This document shows positions 40,361-53,140 of a DNA stretch of 64,000 bases, piece by piece. The DNA is from Ylistrum balloti (Eukaryota), in contig NW_026782147.1 of NCBI RefSeq assembly GCF_031769215.1, forward strand, positions 372,001 to 436,000, in the 5' to 3' direction. A program made the position numbers and the translations under genes. Numbering within the stretch: the first letter of the stretch is position 1; every line of letters begins with the position of its first letter. The notes below the pieces were generated by a model. The model made no database searches and was not told the DNA's origin. It saw only the letters and a program-made list of their open reading frames with translations.

Positions 40361-42219
40361 TAAGACATTTAGTACGGAGTTTGAGAAGGAAATCATGGAC
40401 TTCTCTTTTGATAGGCGAGCTATTTTGTAAAATATACGTTAGTGTTTGGAAATTCCTGTGGGTTGGCAGTTCAGTAGACAGAAAAAAAAATATTTCCGGT
40501 ATTGCTTTCCGTGGTATTGATTCTCAGAACTAAAAGTACATGAAATTGCATACCTCGGATCCTGCAGAGACCCATAGAAATCACATACATGTATCACTTT
40601 CTTCCTCGTTGTCTACTCATGTTATTCCGGCTCTAAAGGAGTCGCTCTTCTAGCCAGTAACTGCGTATCTAAGATCATGAATCTACACGGTTGAATATTC
40701 ATTCTGGTGGATAACATTTTCCATCAACATTCGATTCGCATAACTAAGCCTGATTAAGCCATTAAGAGTTGTTGCTGCGATGTACATTTTATCAGCACTG
40801 GTTGATCAGCCATGCTTTATTATTGTAGTAAGTGTCAACCGATCTGGACATAAGCTAATTTTCTTTATCGGAACAGAAGGATCTATCTCAATATCTCTTG
40901 GTCAAAAAGTGCCATGGCACGCATGCGTCAATAAAACTGTTTAAAATGGTTTCATGTTGAAAAGTGTTCTGTTTTATTACTTAGAGAATGTACATGTTTT
41001 TCTTTTATACCAGAAATACGTTTTCATTTTGCATCAATTTGATTTTGATTAAAGCGTCATAATTATTTCTCCTTAATAAGTCTACAAAACGGTATTTTTT
41101 GCCCTGCGAATTGAATATTTCAATATTCATTTGATCTGATACTTGCGATAGCAGAGCAATAGATAATCTATAAAAACATTATTTAATTCTAGCAAGTTTA
41201 AACATAACCTTAAAGTGTACCGTACATGTTTCGAGCTTACAGTGATCCCGACCTCCCGAAATACTAGTGATCCAAGCTGTACAGTTTGACATATAATGAT
41301 TAAATATGTAGATTTTACAAAACACTTCTAAAAATACTTTGGCGTTCAGTTTATTGAATATTTTCATTGTGTGCATATATACAAATAGTTGTCGCACGTG
41401 CTTGAATTGCGTAGTCCGAGACCAAGATCAATCGAAGTCAATGAAATTGGAGGCTCTCTGTTTTAACGTTAAATTGAGCCATCGACAAAGACCGGTTACA
41501 TTGTAGAGAGTTCAATATGTCGTTTCAAATTCTTAATGAAAACGCAATACATAAGAAAAAGTACTGTATAATAATTCATTTTCACCGAATATTTATTTTC
41601 GTTAAAGTCGAAGGTGTTCCAAATTCCACAGATTTATATGTCCACAAAATAGCAACAGATAAAATTTAACTTGGAATTTAGTACTAACAGATTTGGTGGG
41701 CAAGATTTAACAACGAAGTAAAGTGCTTAATAAAATGAACATGTATATTTCTTTGAAAACGACGAATATTGATCACCACGAAAACATATGATTTTATAGT
41801 CAATTCAACTATTATATTCTGAAATGACAATTTTATGTTTTTGTTATTGAACATATATTCTCGTGATCTTCTTATAGACTAGCTTTATATGCAATTGTCT
41901 GTAAATTGCAACTTGTGATAGATCGCTTAATTGCCAAACCATGGAGACAAAACTTCCTCATGCCAATTACTGGAGCTGCTATAGGCCGATTTACTCGATA
42001 TCTAGAACGGGCGATAGAACACGATCGATTGATGATTTGGCTTGATGACGCTCGAAGCTTATACATGCAGTAATGTCACTTCCATCGAGAAATCAAGAAA
42101 TAAGATAGGAATACACTACATTCTGTTGTAAATCCGTGTTCAAATCCTTTATTTATATGACGTTTATAGGGTTCCTACCAGGGTCTTAAGTCGAGAACTT
42201 TTATTGTCAATCAAATCAT

Positions 42220-42400
42220 GAAGGTAGAGCGTAAGAATTGTACATGCTGTACCCATTACATGACAGTAAGGGGCGACTTAATTTGGACTTCTCCTTTTTC
42301 TTCTTTCGAGGATTCTTTATGCCTATCGAATCTTGCAGGTAGAGCGTAAGAATTGGAACTGCCGTCTCCATTACATGATCGTAATTTGCACCGTTTTCTA
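42220..42400. repeat. Diverged ~116-bp tandem duplication (AGGTAGAGCGTAAGAATTG..CATTACATGA x2)
   Basis: 19-bp exact match at ~42222 and ~42337, with a matching downstream word. Confidence 0.75.
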
Positions 42401-43409
42401 GACTATTTCTATTTGTTTCTGACGTCTCCGATGACACATCCTCACTTTTTGGTCATTTGTTGAAAGTTCTCCAGGTTTTAAGAAATCAATGTTACTACTC
42501 TCTGCAAGTTCAGTAACAAGGTAGTTTTAATGTTTGGTTCGCCCCTTGTCAGTACTATGTGACCGAATATGAAATCTACAGTCAATTCATTGTGATAGCA
42601 CTATAAAAATCAGCTTCAGTTATGTATAATCACAAGGAGGCTTAGATATGCATACCGCAGCCCTCTCTCTCCCTCTCAGTTATACGGCCATACAAGTGAA
42701 CAAAAGCAAAGATATGTATATGATAAATTTAATAAAATACTATCCTGGTTTTCCCCTATAAATGAAATTCTATGAAAGCTATTACTCATTTAATAGTGTA
42801 TTCATTTTTTGTATTTGTCCATCTCCGTCCCATTACAATAGTACTAGACTGGCAGTATACTGATTACTGATACAAGAGGCTGCTGGTAGAACAAATTATT
42901 ATCTAATTCATTACTGTGCCGACTGCGACCTCTTGTTTCCCAAGCACTATTGCTTTGATGCTCAGGGCGGAAGAAAGATTTTATCATGTATGTATCTCTA
43001 TTTATAGCTTAAAATTTGACAACTATGTGTACTATAAACTTGACATTTATTGAAGTCTGCTGATGTTTTGTCTGAAAGAGTAAAAAAAATAAATAAATAT
43101 CCATTATTTTATTTGTGGTTTTGTCTGAAGCGACAATTGCATTATACCTTTTAACATTTAAACAAAAAAAATGCTTAATCAGATCAAAATGAAACCTTTG
43201 AAAACTTGACAGTCGGCATCAGGTATATCGTTATTGTGATATGTAATGATGTGACTAATTGAGACTGCCCCGCTGTATTGTGACGTCATTTGTCATTCAT
43301 TCCAGGTATTTGCTGTTCCAATTACTAGGATTACTCTATGGTATCAGATGGAGTTTTGGCCAAATATAAGTGGACTCGTAATTGATGCGAGTCACGGAAA
43401 CATAAAAAA

Positions 43410-43720
43410 AAACTTGTAACCAACCAACCAGCCCGAGGACACGTCAGTGAGACAACGGTTATAGCTAGTGATACGACGAGTCGCGATGACGGGAAACCTG
43501 TTAACAACCAACCAACCAGTTCAATGACGTGTCGCCAGAATAATGACGTTCGTTGGTGTGACAACGGCTATAGCTCATAATACGCAGAGTCACGGAGACG
43601 GGAGAGCTGCAACCAAACAACCAACCAACTCGAGGACACGTCATCAGAGCACTTTGTCGGTGAAACAACGGCTATAGTTAGTGATAGGAAATCAGGGAGA
43701 TGAAGAACCAGTAACCCGAT
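43410..43720. repeat. Three diverged ~90-110-bp tandem units (AACCAACCAAC..GAGGACACGTCA..ACAACGG(C/T)TATAG)
   Basis: Directly visible recurrent words. Confidence 0.8.
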
Positions 43721-44825
43721 ACCAAACGGCAGTAGGCCTCATTCTCGATTGAATTTCCATCACGGACAAACGGTGTCTTCAGTTGTCAGCCTTATATATT
43801 TAGTAATTGTTTGTCGAAATAAGCGCCCTTTTACATTATCCAAGTTACTAGACTGTTTATCTGAGACCCTGTAGTTACGTTAGACCTCATAGCCTATAAT
43901 TGAGAGTAAAATAGGCAAACATAATGAATCCGTGATTCGTAATTCACAAAAAGTTGCAATAATAGCGACGAATTTTACAATAGATCTTTCACAGTAAGTG
44001 CGTCACTATCCAAATGTTTGATGTTTACTGATACCTACACTCATACTATCACTATGAAAGATCCTGATGAAAGCTAGACTTATGGCGAAAAATTGTGTCA
44101 TTTTTGTTTAGCATTCATCAACAGTTCTAGCAGTTTGAAGCATTTTCAAGCGATTTTTTTAATTGAACTACACCTTGTTATTTCATTTATGAAATAAACC
44201 TAAAAACAATATTTTTAGTTTTGACTTGACTCGAGGTAATAATAAGGATTCTGGACGTTTCTACGACATCTTCTCGCTCACAAAGATATGGAAGATCTGA
44301 CGAGACCGACCCACATAATTTATTACCCATGTACTGAACAATGATATATATTTGTGACACTCAGATTTTGTGGTTTATCGAAAAAACATTATTCGTGAAC
44401 ACTTGAATTTCTTGATTTAAATATACCTTATTAAATCTATTTATATTTATTTCAACATTGCATGGATATATGAATTCATATATTAAGAGTACCCTTGAAA
44501 TCAATGAAAATAAATCCCCTGAAAATGAATGGTTTTACAGTAACTCAAATTCTCAAACACTCTACTGTATCTCTCACAATTCCTGTCCTCTTGAGATTTA
44601 AACACTCATCAAACTTATTACATAAAGACTCCTGATTTGTTACATGACATGTTACTGATACAGAATGACAATTACAACTTTGATGGCAATTTACCGTCTG
44701 CTACCTTTGTGAACATGGAACTGACGTGCTGTACAAGGAAGAAATAGTTGCATGATGCAAAAGTCATTAATTGGCATATACTCTAATTTTTTTATATTGA
44801 AAAGTTGTACAATCTAATACTTATT

Positions 44826-44924
44826 GGGGGCGGTAACCCTGTCCTACATTTCGACCAATTACGTCACTTCAAATGCATTTAGATAGGTAACTTTAGGTTT
44901 TCATTGCGCATGTTTGGTGACGTC
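44826..44924. promoter_or_regulatory. Cluster of promoter-type motifs
   Basis: GGGGCGG (44827), CCAAT (44855), TTACGTCA (44859), TGCGCATG (44905) and TGACGTC (44918) within 100 bp. Confidence 0.3.
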
Positions 44925-46649
44925 GTATGGTTCGCCACCGTAATTTTTACACATCTTAAAAACATTTTAGTACTTATATGACTAGTTTTATATTTGTAAA
45001 TGTCTGAGGTGAATTTACGTAGCCGCAGACAAATCCATTTCTCCTTGCAGTTGTATGAATTTATTGAGAAATTGAAGACGAAGCATAGAGTAATTTCATA
45101 GACACCAGCCTGTCTTGGTTAGCAAACCAAAACCATCATTCACTTGCTTTGTTAGATTTAGCAATACTGTTGTACATGATATTGTACTTCATATCAGCAG
45201 GCTTTTAATGTTCTGTCCATTGATCTTAATTTGTATCCCAGTCATGTCGGGATTAATGGGAATTAGACAGGTGATTGACTTGACAAAATTGAACTTGCAC
45301 CAAAACCGGAAAATGTAAATTGTCTTACTGTGGGTTTAAACATCCGGTTGCAAGTTAAATCAAATTGGCAACAACAAACGTCGGAAGAAAAACGGTTTGC
45401 ACTTATACCCAATGTTTGCATATGCGCAACTGCTACAATAAAATAAATCAACAGATAGACTGCCAACATAAAAACAGAGAGAAAAAGTTTCGTGCCCAGT
45501 AAGTAAACAACTCCCTATAACATAACATTGTATATATGTAGACAAAGGCGAAGAGACGCCAACTTACACTTAAAGCTTAAGTGTAGTGCAGACAAATACA
45601 TAACATTAGAAATTTCTTCACAGTTAACTGTGAAACAGCTATGAATATTTATACACTGAATGCACCATATCCAGCGCTTCATACATTATTACTAAAACGA
45701 TGTGTCACAGTAAAAGGTATAAGATAGCGCAGACCGCTTTAATATGTATTGTTACGTATCGTTTCCGTTTGTTTTGTTCCGAATGTCTAACATTCCTGTA
45801 TCTCAAATGATACAATATTGTACAAAAGACGCGCACGTTAATTCCACTTTTCAATACAAATTTAGAATAAGATACGATAGATCCAATCAATGCATTAGAC
45901 TGCTTCATACAGCTGTTCCGTCCTTTTATGACACGCCAGTGACGTTAAGGGTCTAAAATGTAGTCTAGGAGGCGACTGTGAAAAAATCATAATTGATTGA
46001 AACGAATATCATCATCTAGATTGGGAGGTTGATATACAAGTATGATAGTGCGACTACCACAGTTGTATAAAGACGGTGTTCACTTATAATGGAACAACAG
46101 GATGTCACTATTATAGTCGGGTCCTACTGAAACGTCAACCTGGGAAAATGGCACATTCACTGTAAAATCATTTTGTCGAACATAAAGCTGAAAACACATT
46201 TTTTGTATCTGCCAGGGAAAAAAATCAACATCTGCCTAAATGAGTGGATCATTATCCATCACTTTCTTTCCTTACATAGGGGGACAGGACCCGTACTATC
46301 CTTACGTAAGGGGACATTATCAATCACCTTCCCCGCTTCGGGGTCCATAACAAATCACCTTCTGCTCTCATGCCGACATAAACCATTAATATCAAGTAAC
46401 AGCAAAGAAAATACACGTGTGATCGCAAAAACCTGAACGTAAAATGTCCTTAAATCAGATATACCTTACTTATATATAACCATTTTTAAATTCCTGATTA
46501 TAACGCCATTATTGTGGTAGGATATTTAACAGAAGATATACAGAATAACAGTATCTTTCAATGCGACTTTGTTAAGGTATTTAGTAGAGATAAATAATGG
46601 TCTGACATGCATTTTTCGTCCATCTAGGACACATCAGCGATAGGAAATC

Positions 46650-46985
46650 ATCAAAGACAATACCAACACGTCAACAGAATCTTAATTCAAACTCAAATTC
46701 GATGAAACTTAAATATTAACAACAGAAAAATAAAACGTACAAGGAGAATGAGACCAGGTGTGCCGGAATGGTAAGTACTTTCTGCTTCATCGACGACATG
46801 CGTAACCTTGGTATATATATAGGTTATATCAAGTTTCCATATGAGAAGAAGGTAAATAAGAACGGAACCACCAGGCTTACAAACAAGCATCAAAAACCCT
46901 AACTTCATACCGCAGAGTAAAATAGAAAACGCCCAAATAAGATCATTATAACGACCGTAAAACTTTCCCATAATCTTCATCAACA
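46650..46985 (-). mobile_element. Dispersed repeat family A, copy
   Basis: gtcaacagaatcttaattcaaa..gtacaaggagaatgagaccaggtgtgccggaa, the reverse complement of the 56580 and 40250 motifs. Confidence 0.7.
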
Positions 46986-47927
46986 TGCATCTTTCGTAAA
47001 CTGATGACGTTAGTGCGTTAGTCAGCTGTCTACATTGTGCACAAAAATCGTAATATTGCAAAAAAAATGTATTTTTATAAAAGCATTTAGACTTTAATCA
47101 GTCCGAGAATTTGTATGTTATAAAAATAGGTTATCTGAACTGATCCAATGTATAACAGATATTTCGAAATAACGAGAACAGGATAAGTAAAATAGCTTGA
47201 TTTACCAATATAGTAAAAAAAATATTTACGAGAAGCACAACCAGTTTACCAGAAATACAATGTTTATTGTTCATCGTCTTCGAATATCATATTGCATTCA
47301 AGATATAAACACACAGATACTCGTCTGGTCCAGACAGGAATGTTATTTAAAACGCACATTTGACTGAACATTTTTTTTAATCAATTGTTTTCAACATTAA
47401 GTAAAAGTATGAATAATGACCAATCAGACCCGAAAAAATGATTTTATTGAGACGCACTTTTAGAATGGTTAAAACAACAACAGAAAAAAGCGTGCGTTGT
47501 ACGCCGAAACTGATAAATTATACAGTAACATAACACGTGACATCAATATCTGACACATTACCACGTTTCAATATAGCTTCAGTTATTACCTCCACAAATA
47601 GCAAAAGTTATGTTAAGCTTATTTCTCAAAATGATATAATATTAAGCATTTAAACAAACTACTCTCATTTGAAAGTGTGAAATTATAGTTTGAGCATACA
47701 ATGATGAAAATCATAATGAAGGATGAAATAAAAGCATACCAGCATCTTAAACATGTCTAGTTCACATTTGTTCGATCGTTCTAACCGTCTGGGTAGCTAT
47801 ATATAAACTCCTTGATCACGAAATATACGAGATAACATGACTGATCACTCACCTACCTTAGTGAATTAGTTTATAGAAAAGGTTGTCCTTCATGTAAGAC
47901 ACGGAAGTCAGAATAATTAAATTCGCC

Positions 47928-49013
47928 TTACAGTAACGTGTCGTTACTCTGGCTCTCCACGATGTGTCCTCCATCATTGCTCTTCATTTCGTTTGCAGTT
48001 GTTGTTTGGGTCCTGGTCCGCCACCCCATACATAACTGCTTGATTTCTTGTCTAAAGGATGACGAGAAAACCAGACAAACAAAAAACAATATTACAGGAT
48101 TACCGCAAGTCAGGCCATCACTCACATGATGCACGATGTGAAACCTGTTCATGAATTCTGGGTTCCGAAGGTACTCCTCGGACAGGTTCATATAGATAAT
48201 GTTTACAATAGTAGCCGGAAAAGCTAGCAACAGAAAAATGATAGCGAGAGACAATACTAGCGTGACAAGGTCACTCGGGTCAGTTTCGCGCGTAGACATA
48301 CGCGGATTCTGATGACGTGTACACATTCCACAAATAAGCATCACACTTATCAAGAAAAGCAAGACCATTGGTATGAAAGTGTAACACAGGGCCGACATCC
48401 AACGCCATATTTTGTAATGAAGGTCGTCAAGGTAGGGATAGCATACCCCGTCTAGGTTTAATTCATGGCTCCACATACCGTGAACGCTAATAACGACCAT
48501 TCCGATCAAGATGATGAGCACCGCTATTTTGGACATGAACACTTGGCACATTACCATTGCTTTATCCGGGTGTGCCACACTGATATATCGGTCAATCAGT
48601 GCTGCCGTAACAAACCATATCCCAGAATGCATCACCATCCGGTAAATAAAGGACCACAGTCGACATATCCAATTTGATAAGTTTTCCACTTCCGGTACAT
48701 CTGCTATGTGAGAGAGCCACGTCAAGGCATATGCCATGAATATAGTGAGCAAGTTATCAATAGCATATACATAGAGATAAAAACCCACAGAAAATTCACA
48801 TAGTTTTGTTTTTTTAACCACAACAATAGTGAGTATGTTACCGATAGTGCCTATTACTACAAAGGTAGGTAGCACATACAGAAGAAAAGAGCTTTGAAGA
48901 TCGCTCAGCGTACAATCCACCATCTCTAAGGAAGGATACTGCACGGAAGACTCATTCGATATATTCACAACGTCGTAGATATCGGAGTGCGGCAGTCCGC
49001 CGATGGAACACAT
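47928..49013 (-). CDS. Rhodopsin-like (class A) GPCR, invertebrate FMRFamide-receptor-like / orphan neuropeptide receptor type, single coding exon, 361 aa
   Basis: Longest ORF in the window by far. Seven hydrophobic segments; TM1 GN (GTIGNIL); TM3 Cys (WICRLW) and DRY (LIDRYISV); ECL2 Cys (GVCYP); TM5 FIP; TM6 AFP; helix-8 SSSFRQEI; N-terminal N-glycosylation sequons (NIS, NES). Family assigned from remembered motifs, not from a search. Confidence 0.95.
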   Translation of the reverse strand: MCSIGGLPHSDIYDVVNISNESSVQYPSLEMVDCTLSDLQSSFLLYVLPTFVVIGTIGNILTIVVVKKTKLCEFSVGFYLYVYAIDNLLTIFMAYALTWLSHIADVPEVENLSNWICRLWSFIYRMVMHSGIWFVTAALIDRYISVAHPDKAMVMCQVFMSKIAVLIILIGMVVISVHGMWSHELNLDGVCYPYLDDLHYKIWRWMSALCYTFIPMVLLFLISVMLICGMCTRHQNPRMSTRETDPSDLVTLVLSLAIIFLLLAFPATIVNIIYMNLSEEYLRNPEFMNRFHIVHHVSDGLTCGNPVILFFVCLVFSSSFRQEIKQLCMGWRTRTQTTTANEMKSNDGGHIVESQSNDTLL

Positions 49014-50999
49014 TGTAGCGGGCTTGCTTTAGTTAAACTTTCCTTAAATACCCACACACGTTAAAGCAACTCAAACCACCTCCGCTCAGAACTCCTTCCG
49101 ATATTGCGTTGTTAAAATTCATAGCTTACAATCTGTCCGAGTCAATTATCAGCAATACATAAAGAAATATGTGAGACTAATTATTGTCTTTTGTCTTTGG
49201 TCAATACGAAATTTTACTTTGTTGTTTACAATAACATTTATATTTATTTGAAAAAGAATGTCGTTCCACGAAAATTTCATACATGCCAGACAATTTGTTT
49301 GTCAAAAATTTCAGCAATCAAATATACTTCAGCACTTGTTAATGACGCAAATAGAGAATACAAAATTTCCCATCACATTTTGTGAAAGTCAACAGCAGCC
49401 CATTGACGAGGCAAGGTCTGTGTACATTTATCTAATTTCTAATCGTGAGTGTAAATTTTCAATTTTTCATCGTTCACTAATTTGTATGTCTGAAATAATT
49501 TCTGGAATGATGATATATTTAGTACTGAAATCGCTGCTCGTAAGGTTCCACTGTATCAAACGACAGGACTTAGGCAGCAGAGGTTATCAAATATCCTAAG
49601 TACAAATCACTACGCTGAGGCCGATATTTCCAAACTCAAGTACAATAGTGCTCCAATGCCTTGTAGACAAATGAAGGCTGGACTTGTTTCCGAGGTGGTC
49701 CATTGCGGCGATGGCACATGTTTGACGACAATACTCAAGAGATCGGTATATATCATGGCAGAGCGCTCATCCTCACAGGTATATAAACAGAGCCCGTCCC
49801 GCGTTAACAGATGTCACGTAAAACAAACACTGCAGTAACGCAGATCTCGTGTCACTCGAAAGCTTGTAATCCTGAGAGACCTGTATGTTACGTCCGCTCT
49901 GTTTTAACACCAGTGTGTCCTGAGTGAGCCAGCGTGGCCGGGGAAGAGTTCATGCCATGCTTGCTATTGCTGCTGTCGTTCTGGTTTAACGTCTCTCACT
50001 ATGGAACACCTGCATATATTTACGTAAATTGTTCTGTTCAATAGTTAGTTTTATGATCTAATGTTTATGCAGCAGTTAGAGTTTGTCGAAGGCTGTTTTA
50101 CCTACAAAACGGATTGAACGGTATTTGGGTTATGTAGCTACAGCAATTAAGTTCTGTCTACACAAGCCATGGATATCATTAAGTATTATTCCACAGCTTA
50201 GGGATATTACGTCTCGTCCACGACAGATGATCCGTCACTTCAGCAGTGTAGTCAAAAAAGTTGATTGTATCATAAGAAAACAAATTACTGTTGGGATATT
50301 GATCCAAGAATTATTTGAAAAAACTTTCGAGCAGTAAACCTGCAGCATATCCATTAGTAATCAAATTTTGTTCTTTGTCTTAGATCACATTAAAACAATA
50401 TACCTTGTGTGCTGTCCTGGGCAACGATAGCATGGTGCTTGGTCCATAGTCAGACTGGCGTGGTTCAGTCGTTGAGCCGGTCATGATACTGGATGTATCA
50501 TCGCAAGTTAAGTTCTTCGCTGCTGTTGCCAGGGTCAATAATGTATACCCTAATCGAATTTTTACACAGTATAAATGGATGTGACATTTTACCATTAGTA
50601 AATTTGTCGGCCATTTAGAGGTTTCACATTATCTCAAGAACTTACAACTGATTTTCTTAAGATAGTATTTATTGTCAATATAAATGCAATTTGATCTATG
50701 TCAAAGATTGCACATCTTTCACGAAAACATAATTTGACAACAGTTTTACAAAATAATGATTTATTTCAATTTTAATTTTTATCGATACGTTTGATATATG
50801 TTTATTCATCAAAAGAACTTACGACATCGGCGCCATCTAAATTATTTCATTTAATAAAAGCTTAAATAGGAGTTTTTCCAGGTCGACGTATGGTGTAAAA
50901 ATCGACGAGTAAATACAACATTACCGTAATCCAATTCCTGCATTCAATATAACTAGAGCAAAATATAAACAAAAAGATTTTTTTTCACAGTGATTCCTG

Positions 51000-51190
51000 A
51001 AAAAAAACAATAAGGAGATTAAGATCAGGTGTTCCGGGAGAGTTAGCAACGTCTGCTTTCATCAATGACATCCACCATGTAAATCCTGGTCAATCTAAGT
51101 AACGTCACGTTCTCTAATGAGAACAAGGTATACAACAAGCAAAGTAACGAACATCACACAAGTCCAGTTCATCCTATCAAGTTGTCTAAA
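51000..51190 (-). mobile_element. Dispersed repeat family A, copy
   Basis: aaggagattaagatcaggtgttccggga..ccatgtaaatcctggtcaatc..acgtcacgttctctaatgagaacaagg. Confidence 0.7.
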
Positions 51191-52644
51191 TTTTAACACG
51201 GTAACATAACACTTCACTTGCCCATATGCTAACGACAAATTGAAATTTTATTGCTGCGAAACCATTCTAATGACTTGAAGACAAAATACTAGGACAAGCA
51301 CCTCTTCTGGTGTATAAGTCTATGTTTTTAATACGTTTTTTCACGGCTTCTATCAAACGGTGGCAGTTCTTTCATGGAAAGGGAGTTTATATCCCACTAT
51401 TTTAATCCAGATTTAGCTACATGCTGAAACATGCTGTTAATCTATCGACGGGAATGGGTGGTTTTTTTTTCTAAAAAATGAGCAGTATAAGTTTGCCATT
51501 GTCAATGACTTCACTTCACAGTGATGTCACACTGAGATGTCATCAACCGGTCATTGAACAGAGAAACTGGTTATGTAGGGACCTCCTACAGTAACACGTT
51601 ATATCAAACAGTTTTTTTTTTATAAAGCTATCGCCCAGGCTGTGTTGGTTATCGTGTTACCATTGTCAGGAAATGCAGTCACGCAAAGGTTCAGCATTTA
51701 TGATGTATATTTGCCTGACTATAACAATTGTTAATATGTCATTTATGATGGAAATATCGATACCTCTCGCAAAAGATTGGAAATAGAACAGTTTTCAAAA
51801 AATAATATTAGGTTTTTTTCTTTCCTATATTGGGTTATAAATGTCTCGATGAAAAGTATTTTATATCAGCCAGCACATAATGTTTTCAAAGTAACTACTA
51901 TTTTTGATTAACAAATCATGACTTTTTACTGAATTGTGATGTTTGTGCGTCTCTTATTTCTATTTGTTAACATTTCTCGATTCTGATTTTATGTTTTTCT
52001 AACTTTCTTCCTATTTTCTTAGCTTTCTTTAGCATGGATTTTGTTTCTGGTTGTGTTTATCACCGCACGAACAACCATGGTCCTTCTAGAGAAACACAAG
52101 ACTCCATGTGTAGGAAGCGTCCACGCACCACGAATCTGCACCTAAGCGTACAAAAGTCAACGTTCTAACTGACAAAAATATCGCGGCCCCTTTTAGAACT
52201 GTTCCAGCTGTCGTCATTGCATGGCTGTAAATACCTTCTAAAATTCTATTTCGTTTACCTCATAACAACTTCCGATCCCAATGCTGCGTGTCCGTTTAAA
52301 CAAAAAAATGTTTTTAATTGTATACGCCCTAAGCTTGTTTTCTCATCCCATTAGTAATATACGTATGTGTGATTTTGTTGAACAAAATATTGTTGAAACT
52401 AAAACAAAGAGGATACAACGGACGTACCCTCGAGCTTTTCATTTGATGTTTCCAATTGAGACTGATAACCATTAAACTGAATGATAACTTACTACTTTAA
52501 ATTTCCATTTATGGTGTTTCCTTTTCTTAAATGTATTATTCCTATTACACCAATATATGATGTCTAGATGTCACAGTTAATTTCACATATCGGTTTCGTG
52601 ATCACCGCTGAAAAAAAAAGACAAAAAAAAAAAATCATAAGAAA

Positions 52645-52890
52645 AATTGGGACAGAAAATGCCGACAAGTCAACAGAATCTTAATTCAAATTCGATAAAA
52701 CGAGGGTAAATGATATATGTACACAAAACCTATAAAAAATAATGAAGATGTTCCAGAAAGGACAGCGTCTCCAGAGTCATAGGCAACACCATGTAAATTT
52801 CAATCCAAATAAGTAATGTCGTGTTCCAAATTAAGAACAAGGTTAACAACGACGAAACATTCAAGCATGGTAACGTTCACATACAGGTCA
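52645..52890 (-). mobile_element. Dispersed repeat family A, copy
   Basis: gtcaacagaatcttaattcaaa shared exactly with ~46670; gatgttccagaa..ccatgtaaat..aagaacaagg. Confidence 0.7.
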
Positions 52891-52949
52891 ATTTTAAGAC
52901 CTTTTGTAAATTCTTCTGTGATAGTACAAAAACACAGACGTGAATAGCA

Positions 52950-53140
52950 CATTTTATTACATATTTCGAATTCGAAACAGTAAAGCCAAATAATGAATTA
53001 AACTACATCATACAATTGTTTCGAACTTTTGGTGAAGCCTAGGGGGCTACTGAGGAAAATTTAAAGTGATTGAGCGACACTAGCCCCATAGTTCAGTATT
53101 TTTTTATATATCTGAAAATTTTAGAACAACATCAAGTACA
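52950..53140. repeat. Dispersed repeat family B, copy
   Basis: Core matches ~8785 and ~26350. Confidence 0.55.

Noticed and set aside
46693-47061. 122-aa minus ORF
   Set aside because: Overlaps a family A repeat copy and has no protein motif.
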